The notes below the pieces were generated by a model that did not search any database, was not told where the DNA came from, and saw nothing but the letters and a program-made list of their open reading frames with translations. Positions 37,803 to 48,560 of a DNA stretch of 64,000 nt are shown one piece after another. The number at the start of each line of letters is the position of its first letter. The first letter of the stretch is position 1. Both the position numbers and the translations under genes were made by a program. This DNA comes from an uncultured virus (IMG/VR IMGVR_UViG_2684622556_000001) (lineage: Duplodnaviria; Heunggongvirae; Uroviricota; Caudoviricetes): IMG/VR virus record IMGVR_UViG_2684622556_000001. The stretch is one strand, 5' to 3'.

Positions 37803-38633
37803 ATGGCTGTTACCCATTTCATCCCCGAAATCTGGTCGTCCTACATTCTTGAGCGCTACATGGCCAAGAATGTGTTCGCCTCCCTCGTTGACCGCAAGTA
37901 CGAAGGTGAAGCCCGCAAGGGCAACACCATCCACATCCCCGGTGTGGTCGCCCCGGCGGTCAAGGACTACAAGGCGGCTAGCCGCACCACGTCGGCAGAC
38001 GCCATCAGCGACACCGGAATCGACATCCTGATCGATCAGGAGAAGAACTTCGACTTCTACGTCGACGACATCGACAACGCGCAGTCGAACGAAAACCTGC
38101 TGCCGCTGTACACCGACGCCGCCGGTGACTCGCTGGCCACCGACGCCGACCAGTTCATCGCCAACCTGCTTGTCGCCAACGCCACCGGCATGCCATGGTC
38201 GTCCAACCCCACCACGGGAGATGGCGCGTTCAACGTCGTCAAGGACGCCCGCAAGCTGATGAACAAGGCCAACGTTCCTGACGACGATCTGCGTGTCGCG
38301 GTTGTGAACGCCGAGTTCGAAGCCTTGCTGGTCGGTGCTGATTCGAAGCTCACCAGCTTCGATTCGTCCGGCGACACCGCTGGTCTGCGCAACGCCACTG
38401 TTGGAAAGCTGCTCGGATTCCGTGTGGTTACCTCGAACAACCTGCCTGAGTCTGACTCGCCGCAGGCCGTGTTCTTCCACCAGCGTGCCGCAGCGTTCGT
38501 GTCTCAGATTGACGAGGTCGAAGGCATGCGCGCACAGGACAAGTTCGCCGACCGCATCCGCGGCCTGCATGTGTACGGCGGCAAGGTCGTCAAGGCCCCC
38601 GGCGTACTCGTCTTCAACCGGGCCGGCAGCTAG
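37803..38633 (+). CDS. Major capsid protein
   Basis: FIPEIWS, YEGE..KG.T..I, IDQEKNF.F.VDDID, RGLHVYG; ends NRAGS. Confidence 0.9.
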   Translation: MAVTHFIPEIWSSYILERYMAKNVFASLVDRKYEGEARKGNTIHIPGVVAPAVKDYKAASRTTSADAISDTGIDILIDQEKNFDFYVDDIDNAQSNENLLPLYTDAAGDSLATDADQFIANLLVANATGMPWSSNPTTGDGAFNVVKDARKLMNKANVPDDDLRVAVVNAEFEALLVGADSKLTSFDSSGDTAGLRNATVGKLLGFRVVTSNNLPESDSPQAVFFHQRAAAFVSQIDEVEGMRAQDKFADRIRGLHVYGGKVVKAPGVLVFNRAGS

Positions 38634-39205
38634 TGCTGGCATCTCCCGCTGACGTCGCCCACGCCCTAGGGCTGGACGATGAGAACGAGCTCACCGCCTC
38701 CCAGCAGGCCCGTGTCGAGGGTCTGCTGGAGAGGGTGTCTCGAAGGTTTCAGCGGGAGGCCGGACGAACCCTGACCGCAGGGGCGGTGACCGTGCGTGCA
38801 CTCACGGTGGAGGGCCGGGTACATCTACCTGACCCTCCGTCTGGGGACACTGTTACGGTCACCGACCTCTGTGGGAACACGCTCGAAGGTGTCATCGAGG
38901 GCGACTACGTAGATGTCACCCGCAACGGGTGCCCTGTCGCCACGGGTGAGATCCTTGTCGTCGAATACACCCGAGATGAGCCGCCCCAGGCCGCAATAGA
39001 TGTGGTAGCGGCTATCGTCGCGCGCCACCTCACGGTGGAACCCGGTTCACCCGAATCGAAGTCCACCGACCTCACCGCGGGCGCGGATTTTCGGCAGCGT
39101 CTTGCCGACTGGGTATCCGACACATCCTTGTTCACCGACGAGGAACTAGCGGAGGCGAGAAGCTACCGCTACCCCGTCCCTAATGTGATCATCCACCGCC
39201 TGTGA
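38633..39205 (+). CDS. Head-to-tail adaptor
   Basis: LASPADV..ALG N-terminus; position. Confidence 0.75.
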   Translation: MLASPADVAHALGLDDENELTASQQARVEGLLERVSRRFQREAGRTLTAGAVTVRALTVEGRVHLPDPPSGDTVTVTDLCGNTLEGVIEGDYVDVTRNGCPVATGEILVVEYTRDEPPQAAIDVVAAIVARHLTVEPGSPESKSTDLTAGADFRQRLADWVSDTSLFTDEELAEARSYRYPVPNVIIHRL

Positions 39206-39537
39206 CCTTCGAATCACTGGCCAGAATCCCGGTCACGTACACCCCATACACGGGTGTCACCCAGGATGCGCTAGGGAACGATGTTCCCTCATTCGGCCCC
39301 ACAGTGGACCTGAAGGCGTACTCGTATGCCCCGCACCGTACTGAAGACACGGACGGGCACACCTCACGCGATATCGCAGAAGTCGATCTAGCCATGCCCC
39401 CCATGACCGTTGATCTGATGTCCCGATTCGGGATCAACGGGAAAACCTACGAGGTGGTGGGTGAACGCGACGAAACAGGCGGATTCCACGGCTGGAAGCC
39501 AGGAATCATCGTCGAGCTGAAAAGGGTGACCGGATAG
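39202..39537 (+). CDS. Head-to-tail stopper
   Basis: DALGN, YEVVG, FHGWKPG..V.LKRV.G. Confidence 0.75.
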   Translation: MTFESLARIPVTYTPYTGVTQDALGNDVPSFGPTVDLKAYSYAPHRTEDTDGHTSRDIAEVDLAMPPMTVDLMSRFGINGKTYEVVGERDETGGFHGWKPGIIVELKRVTG

Positions 39538-39803
39538 TGGCCCAGTTCAGGCTGAATCGTAAGGCGCAGAGCGAATTGACGAAGGAAATCGTCGAGAAGG
39601 TCTGCGTTCCCATGATGCAGCGGGTCGCTGACGCCTGCAACCAAGAAGCGGGACTGGAAGACGGTTTCCGCGTCTCGGTAGAAGGCGATGATCCTTTGGA
39701 TAAGCGCGACTACCGGGCAACAGCTATCGCCGCAACGGCAGAGGCCATCCGGTACGACCACAAGCACGACGCACTGCTACACAACTTCGGCGAGGCTGGC
39801 TGA
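39537..39803 (+). CDS. Tail completion/neck protein
   Basis: Position and size. Confidence 0.65.
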   Translation: MAQFRLNRKAQSELTKEIVEKVCVPMMQRVADACNQEAGLEDGFRVSVEGDDPLDKRDYRATAIAATAEAIRYDHKHDALLHNFGEAG

Positions 39804-40180
39804 TGTTCGCCTACCACGCACAGGTAGTCAGGGACTGGCTGGACGAAAACATGCCGGTTCGGGTATCCACTGACGTTCCGAAAACGCGCCCAGCGCAGCT
39901 GATCACGATCGATTCGGCGCCAATATCTAGTGGATATTCGGGAACCAAAGCCCGCGTGCTGACACGGCGCCGACTGATCATCTACTCATGGGGCGCCAAC
40001 GAACTGGACGCCTACAACCTGATCGAGCAGACGCGTGAATGGCTCCTCAAACTCCCCGGTAAAGGCCGCGGAGTCCACGCGGTAGACATCGCTGGTGAGC
40101 CCGCTCGCCGCGATGACATCGAAAGCGAAACGCGACGGTTCGTGATGACCGTCGATGTAGTAATGCGTTCAAATCCCTGA
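39803..40180 (+). CDS. Tail terminator
   Basis: VST.VPK.RP; position before the major tail gene. Confidence 0.7.
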   Translation: MFAYHAQVVRDWLDENMPVRVSTDVPKTRPAQLITIDSAPISSGYSGTKARVLTRRRLIIYSWGANELDAYNLIEQTREWLLKLPGKGRGVHAVDIAGEPARRDDIESETRRFVMTVDVVMRSNP

Positions 40181-40246
40181 ATTTACAACTAAATACACCC
40201 TTTCAAAGGCTCGGCTGCACCGATCTGCTTCTGAAAGGGGCACATC

Positions 40247-40834
40247 ATGGCTGAAGAAGTCGGCAACGTTTTCGCCGCAGAGCCGTCCGCCGCCGGGGCC
40301 GCGTTCGTCGCCCCGCTAGGAACTACCCTCCCAACCAGTGTCGACGGAGTACTTGACGCCGCGTTCGTCGGTCTCGGGTATGTCGGCGAGGACGGTATCA
40401 CTGAAACCTCGGAGCGGTCCACCGATGAGAAGAAAGACATGGGTGGCCGCATCGTCAAGGTGCTGCAGACCGAGTACAACCACTCGTTCAAGTTCGTGCT
40501 CCTGGAATCGCTGAATGCCGATGTCCTGAAGGCGATCTACGGTGCTTCAAATGTCACCGTTACCCCCGCTGACGGTACTCACGGCACCCAGGTGAAGGTC
40601 CGCAAGACCAGCAGGAAGCTGCCGCACCAGACGTGGGTGTTCGACACCATCGACTCGGAGCTGTCCGCGAAGTACCGCAACTGCGTCGCCGACGGACAGG
40701 TCATCTCCGTTGGTGATGTGACCTTGGCCAGCAAGGACACCATCGAATACGAAGTTGAGCTCAAGGTCTTCGAGTCGTCCACCGGCGAGTACGTGACCAC
40801 GTACACCGACGACGGACGGATTGCGGGCTCTTAA
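40247..40834 (+). CDS. Major tail (tube) protein
   Basis: APLGT.LP, LGYVGEDGIT, F.F.LLES; ends IAGS. Confidence 0.9.
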   Translation: MAEEVGNVFAAEPSAAGAAFVAPLGTTLPTSVDGVLDAAFVGLGYVGEDGITETSERSTDEKKDMGGRIVKVLQTEYNHSFKFVLLESLNADVLKAIYGASNVTVTPADGTHGTQVKVRKTSRKLPHQTWVFDTIDSELSAKYRNCVADGQVISVGDVTLASKDTIEYEVELKVFESSTGEYVTTYTDDGRIAGS

Positions 40835-40928
40835 TAGACGCGGCGGGGCCGAATTCCCCTGCAGCCGAGCGCGGCCCCGCCGCTCTCCAAGCGCTACGGC
40901 TGCACACAAATCCCTGAAAGGGGCGCTC

Positions 40929-41195
40929 ATGGCTGCAAAAAACGCGACACCCTACGTCCACACTGTGGAAATCGAAGGCGTCGAAAAGAAGATCAACCTC
41001 AAACCCTTCGGGTCCGTTCCATCTGGTGTCATTCGACGGAACCGCAAGAATCCTGAACAGGGTATGTGGGAAATCATCGAGTGGGGCGCCGTCTCGGAAG
41101 CAGATCTCGCGGTGTTCGACGAGCTGCCCCTAACTGAGGTGGAGGACCTGTTCACCGCCTGGCAGGAGGCCGGACAGGTCACAGTGGGGGAATAG
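40929..41195 (+). CDS. Tail assembly chaperone (short form)
   Basis: Ends VTVGE over the GGGGGAA slippery site (41186-41192). Confidence 0.85.
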   Translation: MAAKNATPYVHTVEIEGVEKKINLKPFGSVPSGVIRRNRKNPEQGMWEIIEWGAVSEADLAVFDELPLTEVEDLFTAWQEAGQVTVGE

Positions 41196-41623
41196 TCGCG
41201 CTTCTCGACCTCATCGAGAAGCATGGCACCGCACTAGAATACGACCTCATCAAAGACGGACTACGCCTAAGAGATTGCCCGTCTGACGAATTCAACTGGC
41301 GCGACCTGTGGGTGTATGTCAACCACCCGGAAGAGACAAGCGCCCTGTGGAAGTCCAGGAACCCGAAGTATGCGGGCTGGACTCTCACTACCCGCCTTCT
41401 GGCGATTATCGCCAACGCGCTGCGCTGGCTGGTGTGGGCGAAAACCAAGGACGGACACCGTAACCGGAACCGTCCGGTGCCAATCGGCCCGGATATGGGC
41501 GATCAGCAGTCACGCCCCGGCCTGAAAGTCAAAGCCGCACCCCTGTCGAAGGTCAAAGAGCTACTTGGCCTTTCGGGCGAAGAGCGGCGCGAGAAGAAAC
41601 TGCGAAACCTGTTCGGAAATTAG
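40929..41623 (+). CDS. Tail assembly chaperone, -1 frameshifted long form
   Basis: The -1 frame after GGGGGAA is open (IVALLDLIEKHGTALEYDL...) to 41623. Confidence 0.8.
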
Positions 41624-41633
41624 GAGGTGACAC

Positions 41634-44600
41634 ATGGCTGTTGAACTCTCATCGGGGTATGTGTCTGCCACCGTCAGGTTCGATGGGGTCAATAAGGGCA
41701 TCAGCAAGCTCTTCGACAACGTCCAGAAGCAGGCAATCGGCGCGGGAAAAAGGACCGGCTCCGCTTACGCTAAAGCTCTTGCCGACGAGGCGAAAACCGC
41801 TGCGGATCAGGTTAAAAAGATCTCCGAAACGGTCGCCAAGTCTCGCGACAAAGAAGCTGACGCCGCGGGCAAGCTCAAGGTGGCCCTTGAGAAGCTGAAT
41901 GAGGCGCGTGAGGCGGGAACCAAGGGCTCGAAGCTCACCGCCTTGTCCGAGGCGCATGCGTCGGCGCTGCGTAGGCAGCAGTCTGCGGCTAGTGAACTCG
42001 CCAAGGACTTGGATGCTGTAGCACGTGCCCAGAAGCGCGCCTCCGACGCGCAGTCTGCGATCGACAAGTCGTCCAAGCCGATACGTAACCAGGTATCCAG
42101 GCTCCTCTCTGGCTCATCTGACGCCGCAGGACGTGAAGGCGGGCGTGCGGGCCGCTGGTTTGGCGACTCGTTCTCCAGTGCTCTACGCACAACCGGGATT
42201 GTTGCCGCAGGTACCGCGGTAGGAAACCTGGCCGCCAATGCGATGACAAAGGCCGCCAACCTGGCCACAAGCGGTGTTTCGGCGATCGTCACCAAGGGTT
42301 TGGACTTCGAGAAGACCATGAACACCCTCTCTGGTGTCACAGGTGCTTCGGCAGACGTGATGCAGCGGTTCCGTGACACCGCCAAGGCTCTCGGTAACGA
42401 CATGACGTTGTCGAACACCTCGGCTGCCGATGCGGCGCAGGCCATGACGGAGCTTGCCAAAGCCGGTTTCTCGGTGGATGAGTCGATAACCGCAGCCAAG
42501 GGCACCCTGCAACTAGCCGCCGCCGCGCAGGTGAGTGCCGGACAAGCTGCCGAGATCCAAGCCAATGCGCTACAGGCATTCGGATTGAAGGCTGACTACG
42601 CCTCTAAAGCTGCCGATGTGCTGTCCAATGCCGCTAATGCATCATCGGCAGAGATAACCGATGTCGCGTTCGCTCTTCAGGCTGGCGGTTCTGTCGCACG
42701 ACAGACGGGGGTGTCCCTCGAGGACACTGCGGCGAGTATCGCACTGTTGGCTAACAACGGAATTAAAGGTAGTGACGCTGGAACCCTGCTGAAGTCGGCG
42801 CTTTTGAAGCTCTCTGCCCCGAGTGACCAAGCCTCGGGGGCGCTGCAAGAGCTTGGCGTGAGCGCTTTCGATGCGCAGGGCAATTTCGTTGGCATGGAGG
42901 CGCTGTTCGGTCAGTTGCAGGCCGCGTCCAAGCGTATGACGCCCGAAATGTACGCGATGGACACCGCCCTCGCATTCGGATCGGATGCCGCACGCCTGGC
43001 AGGTGTGGCAGCCAAGGACGGCGCAGCAGGATTCGACAAGATGCGCGACGCCATGAACCAGGAAGGTTCAGCCTCGAAGCTGGCGGCTGCGCAAAACCAG
43101 GGCCTACCGGGTGTCATTGAGCGGCTGAAGAACGCTGCGGAAACCCTGGCCATCACATTGTTTGAGAAGATCCAAGGCCCGTTGTCGAGCATCGGCGATG
43201 GACTGACCGGCTTCACGAACAAGATGCAGGACGCTTTCGAGAACCCTGCCGTGAGCCAAGCCGCGGGGAATATCGGAGCTGCGCTGTCCACCATCGGAAC
43301 TGCGTTCGGAAACGTGCTGTCGGCTGTCGGCCCGTCGTTGGTGAGCGGACTATCCGATGCGGTCAACCTCATCGTCCGTTTCAAGGACTTCCTCATCCCC
43401 CTGGTGGCGGGTCTGGCCGCATACAAGACAGTGATGCTGGCCATCACAATTGCCACCAAGGCGTGGGCTGCTGTGCAGGCGCTGTTGAATATTGCACTCA
43501 CAGCGAACCCGATCGGCCTGATTATCGCCGCGATCGCCGGTTTGGTGGCTGGAATTGTCCTGCTATACAACCGGAATGAGACTTTCCGCAAGATAGTTCA
43601 GGTCACCTGGGCTGCCATCAAGAACGTTATCGGCGCGGTCTGGGGATGGTTATCCACCACCGTATTCCCGGGCCTGAAGGCTGCATTCACGGTCATTGGT
43701 GCCGCAGCAACATGGCTGTGGAACAACGCCATCACACCCGCCTGGAACGGCATCAAAGAAGTTATCGGCCTCGCGTGGGAAGTAGCCTCCGACCTGTTCG
43801 ACAACTGGAAGCGCGCAATGGACCTTTTGGGTCAGGGCGCCCTGTGGCTGTGGAACAACGCGATTTCCCCTGCCTGGGAAGGCATCAAGACCGCGATCAG
43901 CGCGGCCTGGAACTTCGTGTCACCCATTCTCGATAAGTTCTCCGCAGGATGGGATGCGCTCAAGTCCGGCATCTCTGGCGCTTCAAGCGCGATCAAAGAC
44001 GCTGTCACCTCCGCATTCTCGGGTCTCGCAGCGGTCATTAAGGCACCCCTTAAGGTGTTGGGAACGTTCCTGGCTTCCATTCCTTCTGAGGTGTTCGGAT
44101 TCCAGGTCCCGGGCGCGGACAAACTCAACTCGTGGGGTAAGTCCCTACAGGGCTTCGCTGCAGGTGGCATGGTCCGCGGCGCTGGCACGGGCACAAGCGA
44201 CTCCATTCTGGCGTGGCTGTCTAACGGCGAGGGTGTTGTCACTGCCAAGGGAATGAAGAACGGCGGCGCGGGCATCGTCGCTGCCCTCAACTCAGGTTGG
44301 GTGCCATCTGCTGCATACCTGCACGACATGATGCGTGCCCCCGGATACGCACAGGGCCTCAACCCTGGGGCTGACTATCTGCGGTCACTGGTCATGAAGA
44401 TGTGGCCGCAGATCAAGAACATTTATGGCCGGCGTGCGGAAGACGGATATGGCGAGCACTCCTCCGGCAACGCCATCGACATCATGATCCCCGGCTGGGA
44501 TACGCCCCAAGGCAAGGCGTTGGGTGACGCGGTCGCGGCGTTCATTGCCAAGAACGCGTCAGCGCTGGGGCTTGACGGATTCATTTGGCGTCAGCAGAGC

Positions 44601-45644
44601 TACGGATATGGCGGCTCGCTGACCTCCGGTAAGCAGATGCCCGACCGGGGTAGCAGCACCCAGAACCACATGGATCACGTGCACGTGATGCTAGGCAAGG
44701 GCCGCGGTGCTGGCGCCGCAGCTGTGGGGCTCCCGACAAGCAGCATCTCCCTTCCCTCGGGTGGTGGTTCGGTATCCGCTTTGGGATTCGGGGGCTCATC
44801 ATCGGGATCTGCGGGATCCTCGGGTGCCAGCCCGAAGCAGGTCCGCGAAGCCGACGACCGTATCAATGATCTATCCAACCGCCTGGACGTGACCGAGCAG
44901 GAGCTAGCCGACCTCGAGTCCAATCCTAAGGCGAAAGAAACGACCAAGCAGCGTAAACGCGACATGGTCGACAAGCTCAAGCGGGATCTTCAGCAGGCCA
45001 AGGATGACCGAGCGGCCCTAGACCTCGGTGGCTCCAGTGGCGGCTTCGGAGGCGGCAACAACCCGTACGCCAAGATCATGGAGGGAATCTCCGAGATCTT
45101 GCCGGACTTCGGCGGCCTCGCTGACATCGGAATCGGCGGGCTCAAGGAATCTCTTTTGCCCCCCGGATTCTCTGACCCAACCCAGTGGGGATTAGTCCAG
45201 GCCGGCTCCACGCTCCTGAAGTTCTTTGGCGGCCTGCGCAACAACTCCGACGGCTCACCCCTCCTCGGCGAGGGTGGAGCGCTGTTCGCGAACATCGCCG
45301 GATCTGCCATGTCTGGATCTGGTGGCGGGATTGTCGACGCGATAAAGACCGTCATCCCAGCGCCGTTCGGCAGCATGGAGGCTAAGCAGCTTCAGGGCGC
45401 CCCAGGCGATATCAACCCCGTCAATCCCGGCGCACAACTCCCCGGAACCGGATACGGCGACATGGGAGCGGCCTTCTCTCAAGGCAGCCCAGGCCCGAAC
45501 CCGAGCGGAAACGCGCCGACGGTTGATCAATCAGTCACGGTCAACGCAACTAACACGGATGCCGCTATTGCCAAAAACAATGCAGCCCAACTGCAACAGT
45601 ACCGCCGGAGCAATAGCACGGGCACAATGCCAGGACCACGCTGA
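41634..45644 (+). CDS. Tape measure protein with C-terminal zinc-peptidase-like domain
   Basis: 1336 aa, Ala-rich, W-periodic repeats; EHSSGNAID...NHMDHVHV. Confidence 0.92.
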   Translation: MAVELSSGYVSATVRFDGVNKGISKLFDNVQKQAIGAGKRTGSAYAKALADEAKTAADQVKKISETVAKSRDKEADAAGKLKVALEKLNEAREAGTKGSKLTALSEAHASALRRQQSAASELAKDLDAVARAQKRASDAQSAIDKSSKPIRNQVSRLLSGSSDAAGREGGRAGRWFGDSFSSALRTTGIVAAGTAVGNLAANAMTKAANLATSGVSAIVTKGLDFEKTMNTLSGVTGASADVMQRFRDTAKALGNDMTLSNTSAADAAQAMTELAKAGFSVDESITAAKGTLQLAAAAQVSAGQAAEIQANALQAFGLKADYASKAADVLSNAANASSAEITDVAFALQAGGSVARQTGVSLEDTAASIALLANNGIKGSDAGTLLKSALLKLSAPSDQASGALQELGVSAFDAQGNFVGMEALFGQLQAASKRMTPEMYAMDTALAFGSDAARLAGVAAKDGAAGFDKMRDAMNQEGSASKLAAAQNQGLPGVIERLKNAAETLAITLFEKIQGPLSSIGDGLTGFTNKMQDAFENPAVSQAAGNIGAALSTIGTAFGNVLSAVGPSLVSGLSDAVNLIVRFKDFLIPLVAGLAAYKTVMLAITIATKAWAAVQALLNIALTANPIGLIIAAIAGLVAGIVLLYNRNETFRKIVQVTWAAIKNVIGAVWGWLSTTVFPGLKAAFTVIGAAATWLWNNAITPAWNGIKEVIGLAWEVASDLFDNWKRAMDLLGQGALWLWNNAISPAWEGIKTAISAAWNFVSPILDKFSAGWDALKSGISGASSAIKDAVTSAFSGLAAVIKAPLKVLGTFLASIPSEVFGFQVPGADKLNSWGKSLQGFAAGGMVRGAGTGTSDSILAWLSNGEGVVTAKGMKNGGAGIVAALNSGWVPSAAYLHDMMRAPGYAQGLNPGADYLRSLVMKMWPQIKNIYGRRAEDGYGEHSSGNAIDIMIPGWDTPQGKALGDAVAAFIAKNASALGLDGFIWRQQSYGYGGSLTSGKQMPDRGSSTQNHMDHVHVMLGKGRGAGAAAVGLPTSSISLPSGGGSVSALGFGGSSSGSAGSSGASPKQVREADDRINDLSNRLDVTEQELADLESNPKAKETTKQRKRDMVDKLKRDLQQAKDDRAALDLGGSSGGFGGGNNPYAKIMEGISEILPDFGGLADIGIGGLKESLLPPGFSDPTQWGLVQAGSTLLKFFGGLRNNSDGSPLLGEGGALFANIAGSAMSGSGGGIVDAIKTVIPAPFGSMEAKQLQGAPGDINPVNPGAQLPGTGYGDMGAAFSQGSPGPNPSGNAPTVDQSVTVNATNTDAAIAKNNAAQLQQYRRSNSTGTMPGPR

Positions 45645-46747
45645 TGGCACTTTCTAACCCGTGGATCCACGGTCCCGAAACCGGCGAGGACTTTAACAAT
45701 CTGCCACCACACCTGCAGGGTGTGGAGACGAAGATCGTCTACGTCGGCGTGGTCCACCCGATTCACAAGAAGCGATTCACCTGGAATCTGCTGGGATCTC
45801 ATCACGGCAAAGAGGGCGTCGTAATGGCGCCGACAGCGGTGGGGCTCTTCCACACACCATTCGAAACCCTAATGTCCGAAGGGCCTTACCAGATCGGCGC
45901 CGAACCAGAACGCACCGACTGGAAAAAACGCATGATCTCCCTGGCTGTCCATGTGAATCCGGACATTGCCCCCTGGGATAACAACGGCAAGCTCATCGAC
46001 ACCCCATTCCGGTATCGGATGATCGAAGAGCGCTGGTGGGGTTCATGGTCGGCCACCGAAGACGGATACCTGGGAGTCTTCACCCGCACCCATGGATGGC
46101 GGTGGCTTCGAGTCCGCCTAGCCGAAGAGCCCAAAGACGCATGGGAACTCGATCCCGTGGCATTTGGCAACAACTTCATGACATGGAACATGAGCATCGT
46201 TGCCACACAGCCCTACTTCGCCAAGCGAACCGAGTTCAAGACGTGGCAGAACGATATCGACACCTCCACCCTGTGGGACAAGATCGAGGACCTGCTCAAC
46301 GAATTCATCCCCGGGCTGGATGTGGGCGAAGGGGCCATTCGGGTCCCTAACCGGGGGGATATCGCTGTCTATCCGAAATTCCTCGTGTCCTCACCTGGCA
46401 AGTGCTGGATCCAGGAAGGGGACCGGTGGGTTGAGCTGCCGCTACTGAGCCCGCAAGACGGCTACGTGATGGTAGATACCGACCCAAACGCGCAAACACT
46501 CACCGCAACAACAGATCCAGTGGACCCGCTGTTCATGCGGATCCAGCGTAACTCTCAACTCCTAGATGTCCTTCTACATGACCTGCTTTCCATCACCCTG
46601 CCGATGTGGAGGCGTATGGAGGACCGATTCACCGAAGCATCCAAGATCCCGCCCCGCACGCTCGCGGCGGTCAAGGTGCGCCACTCCAACGCTGACGGGC
46701 GGGTCACCATGTTTGTTCCCCAACGCTATTCAAAGGGCTTCGCGTAG
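45644..46747 (+). CDS. Minor tail protein (distal tail position)
   Basis: Follows the tape measure; GWRWLRVRL, NRGD..VYP. Confidence 0.8.
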   Translation: MALSNPWIHGPETGEDFNNLPPHLQGVETKIVYVGVVHPIHKKRFTWNLLGSHHGKEGVVMAPTAVGLFHTPFETLMSEGPYQIGAEPERTDWKKRMISLAVHVNPDIAPWDNNGKLIDTPFRYRMIEERWWGSWSATEDGYLGVFTRTHGWRWLRVRLAEEPKDAWELDPVAFGNNFMTWNMSIVATQPYFAKRTEFKTWQNDIDTSTLWDKIEDLLNEFIPGLDVGEGAIRVPNRGDIAVYPKFLVSSPGKCWIQEGDRWVELPLLSPQDGYVMVDTDPNAQTLTATTDPVDPLFMRIQRNSQLLDVLLHDLLSITLPMWRRMEDRFTEASKIPPRTLAAVKVRHSNADGRVTMFVPQRYSKGFA

Positions 46748-46749
46748 CA

Positions 46750-48546
46750 GTGTCAGGTGATTGGTCGATTGATCTGACCGACTTCACAAGCCTGCAAGGA
46801 ATCCTGGACCGGCTGCTCCGCGAGACGCAGACCACCCCAGACCTCGGCGACCCGATGGTGGCATACCGCTACCTCAACGCGCGCCGGCAGGCAATGAAGG
46901 ACGCCTACAAACAGCGGCCTTTGCTGCGGATCTGGGACAAGCACCATCGCTACATCGCCGACTTGGCTGGCGAAAAGTCAGTCGTTGTCGAGGAAGTCAT
47001 GGCGGACTCCGGTACCGCCACCGTCGTCATCAAGCACTCCAACTGGCTGTCCAAATTCCTGCTCTACGACCGCCGCGCTGAAGAAGATATCCAATTCACG
47101 CTAGATCCAAACCCCACCAACCGTTCCTGGCAGAACCGTTGGGGCGGAAAGATCGTGAACGTCAACGCCGTCCGCGACAAAGACGGCCTACACACCGTCG
47201 AACTCGAAATGGTGCACAACCGGGAACACGCCAAACACATCCTCGGTGGCGCCAATCCTCTACTCCCGCCGGAAATCCAATTTCCGAAGATGTTCTTCCT
47301 TCCCTGGAACATGCGCACCGCCGGCTCCATCATCATGTTCCTGAACCTCGCTCGGCAGTTCTTCCCGCTACTGAGTATCCCCACGAACATCTTCAACCCT
47401 GGCGCCTGGCTGGGGGTTCGGGACGTCATCGGCGGCCTGAACCCGTTGGCGTGGCCTATCCAGGTCCAATTCGTCAACCCACTGTTCGATCAGTCTCGTA
47501 CCACAATCCTGTCGTCCCGGTGGCAAGACCTGCACACCGTTTTGGCTGCGCCGATGCAGGACGCCGGCTGCATGCTGCGCGCCTACACCTGGCTGACCGA
47601 AGATGACACCTCGCCGCACCCAGAACTGGAGGCACTCGGGGATGCGCTGGCACGCCCAACACGAAACTGCGTTGTCTTCGCATTCGAAGACAAGTCCGGG
47701 GTTACTGGACCCACGGGGACCTTGATTGACGGCCCGCTGCGGCTCATCGCGGAGACCGCAGACGACCTGATCACCAACGTCATCGTCCCGCCCGGCATGT
47801 ACGACGAAGACGGCGACGGCAAAACCGATCCACTGATCAGGAAATGGCTGGGGTTCGCCCCCGCTAAGCCCAAGGTTGTTTTCCGCGAGGGGGAATACAC
47901 CGGGATCATCGACGCTAAGCGGTCCATGAAGGGATCGACAGCAAAGACTGTGATGACGGGCTCCCGGTCACCGGCATGGCTGAATCAACTCCAAACATTC
48001 GGCATCAAGTACGGGCTGTCCCAGCTATCAGCTGTCATCTCTTACGGTTTGGGCGCTTACCAGCAGCCCGGAACCCCCGGTTTGGAGGAGCTATACCAAG
48101 GGCAGCTGGATAACACGCTGTTCGCATGGCAACGATTCACCGATCCGCGCCGCGTCCTGCTCATGGGCGACCTGGGGTTTCTGGAGCATTTCGAGCAAGG
48201 CCAAGGGACCGCCTACACGTCAGCGGGAATCCTGGATCTGCGCAACGGGCATTGGAAGACAAGGGCGTTCGTCAGCTTCAAGACAAGTATCCGAAACGGC
48301 ATGCCTTGGATAGCCGATGAGCATTTCACGCTCGGTGACAGGGTCGCGTTCCAGTTGGGAAGCGTCCTGCACGTCGACCAAGTGTCGGCGATCCGCCGCT
48401 CATACGACGCTGACTCGCCACTACTGGTTGAACTATCGCTCGGCCAGGACTTGGACGAAGAAGACCCGGTAGCCAAGGCGATGCGAACACTCGCGGGCTT
48501 CTGGAACCTCGCCGGAACCTTCTTCGGTTCCGACTCAATGTTCTGA
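46750..48546 (+). CDS. Minor tail protein (baseplate hub position)
   Basis: RPLLRIWDK, RWGG, HFTLGDRV. Confidence 0.8.
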   Translation: MSGDWSIDLTDFTSLQGILDRLLRETQTTPDLGDPMVAYRYLNARRQAMKDAYKQRPLLRIWDKHHRYIADLAGEKSVVVEEVMADSGTATVVIKHSNWLSKFLLYDRRAEEDIQFTLDPNPTNRSWQNRWGGKIVNVNAVRDKDGLHTVELEMVHNREHAKHILGGANPLLPPEIQFPKMFFLPWNMRTAGSIIMFLNLARQFFPLLSIPTNIFNPGAWLGVRDVIGGLNPLAWPIQVQFVNPLFDQSRTTILSSRWQDLHTVLAAPMQDAGCMLRAYTWLTEDDTSPHPELEALGDALARPTRNCVVFAFEDKSGVTGPTGTLIDGPLRLIAETADDLITNVIVPPGMYDEDGDGKTDPLIRKWLGFAPAKPKVVFREGEYTGIIDAKRSMKGSTAKTVMTGSRSPAWLNQLQTFGIKYGLSQLSAVISYGLGAYQQPGTPGLEELYQGQLDNTLFAWQRFTDPRRVLLMGDLGFLEHFEQGQGTAYTSAGILDLRNGHWKTRAFVSFKTSIRNGMPWIADEHFTLGDRVAFQLGSVLHVDQVSAIRRSYDADSPLLVELSLGQDLDEEDPVAKAMRTLAGFWNLAGTFFGSDSMF

Positions 48547-48560
48547 GCAAAGGAACGAAA

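Noticed and set aside
37662..38642. 326-aa minus-strand ORF
   Set aside because: Antisense shadow of the capsid gene.
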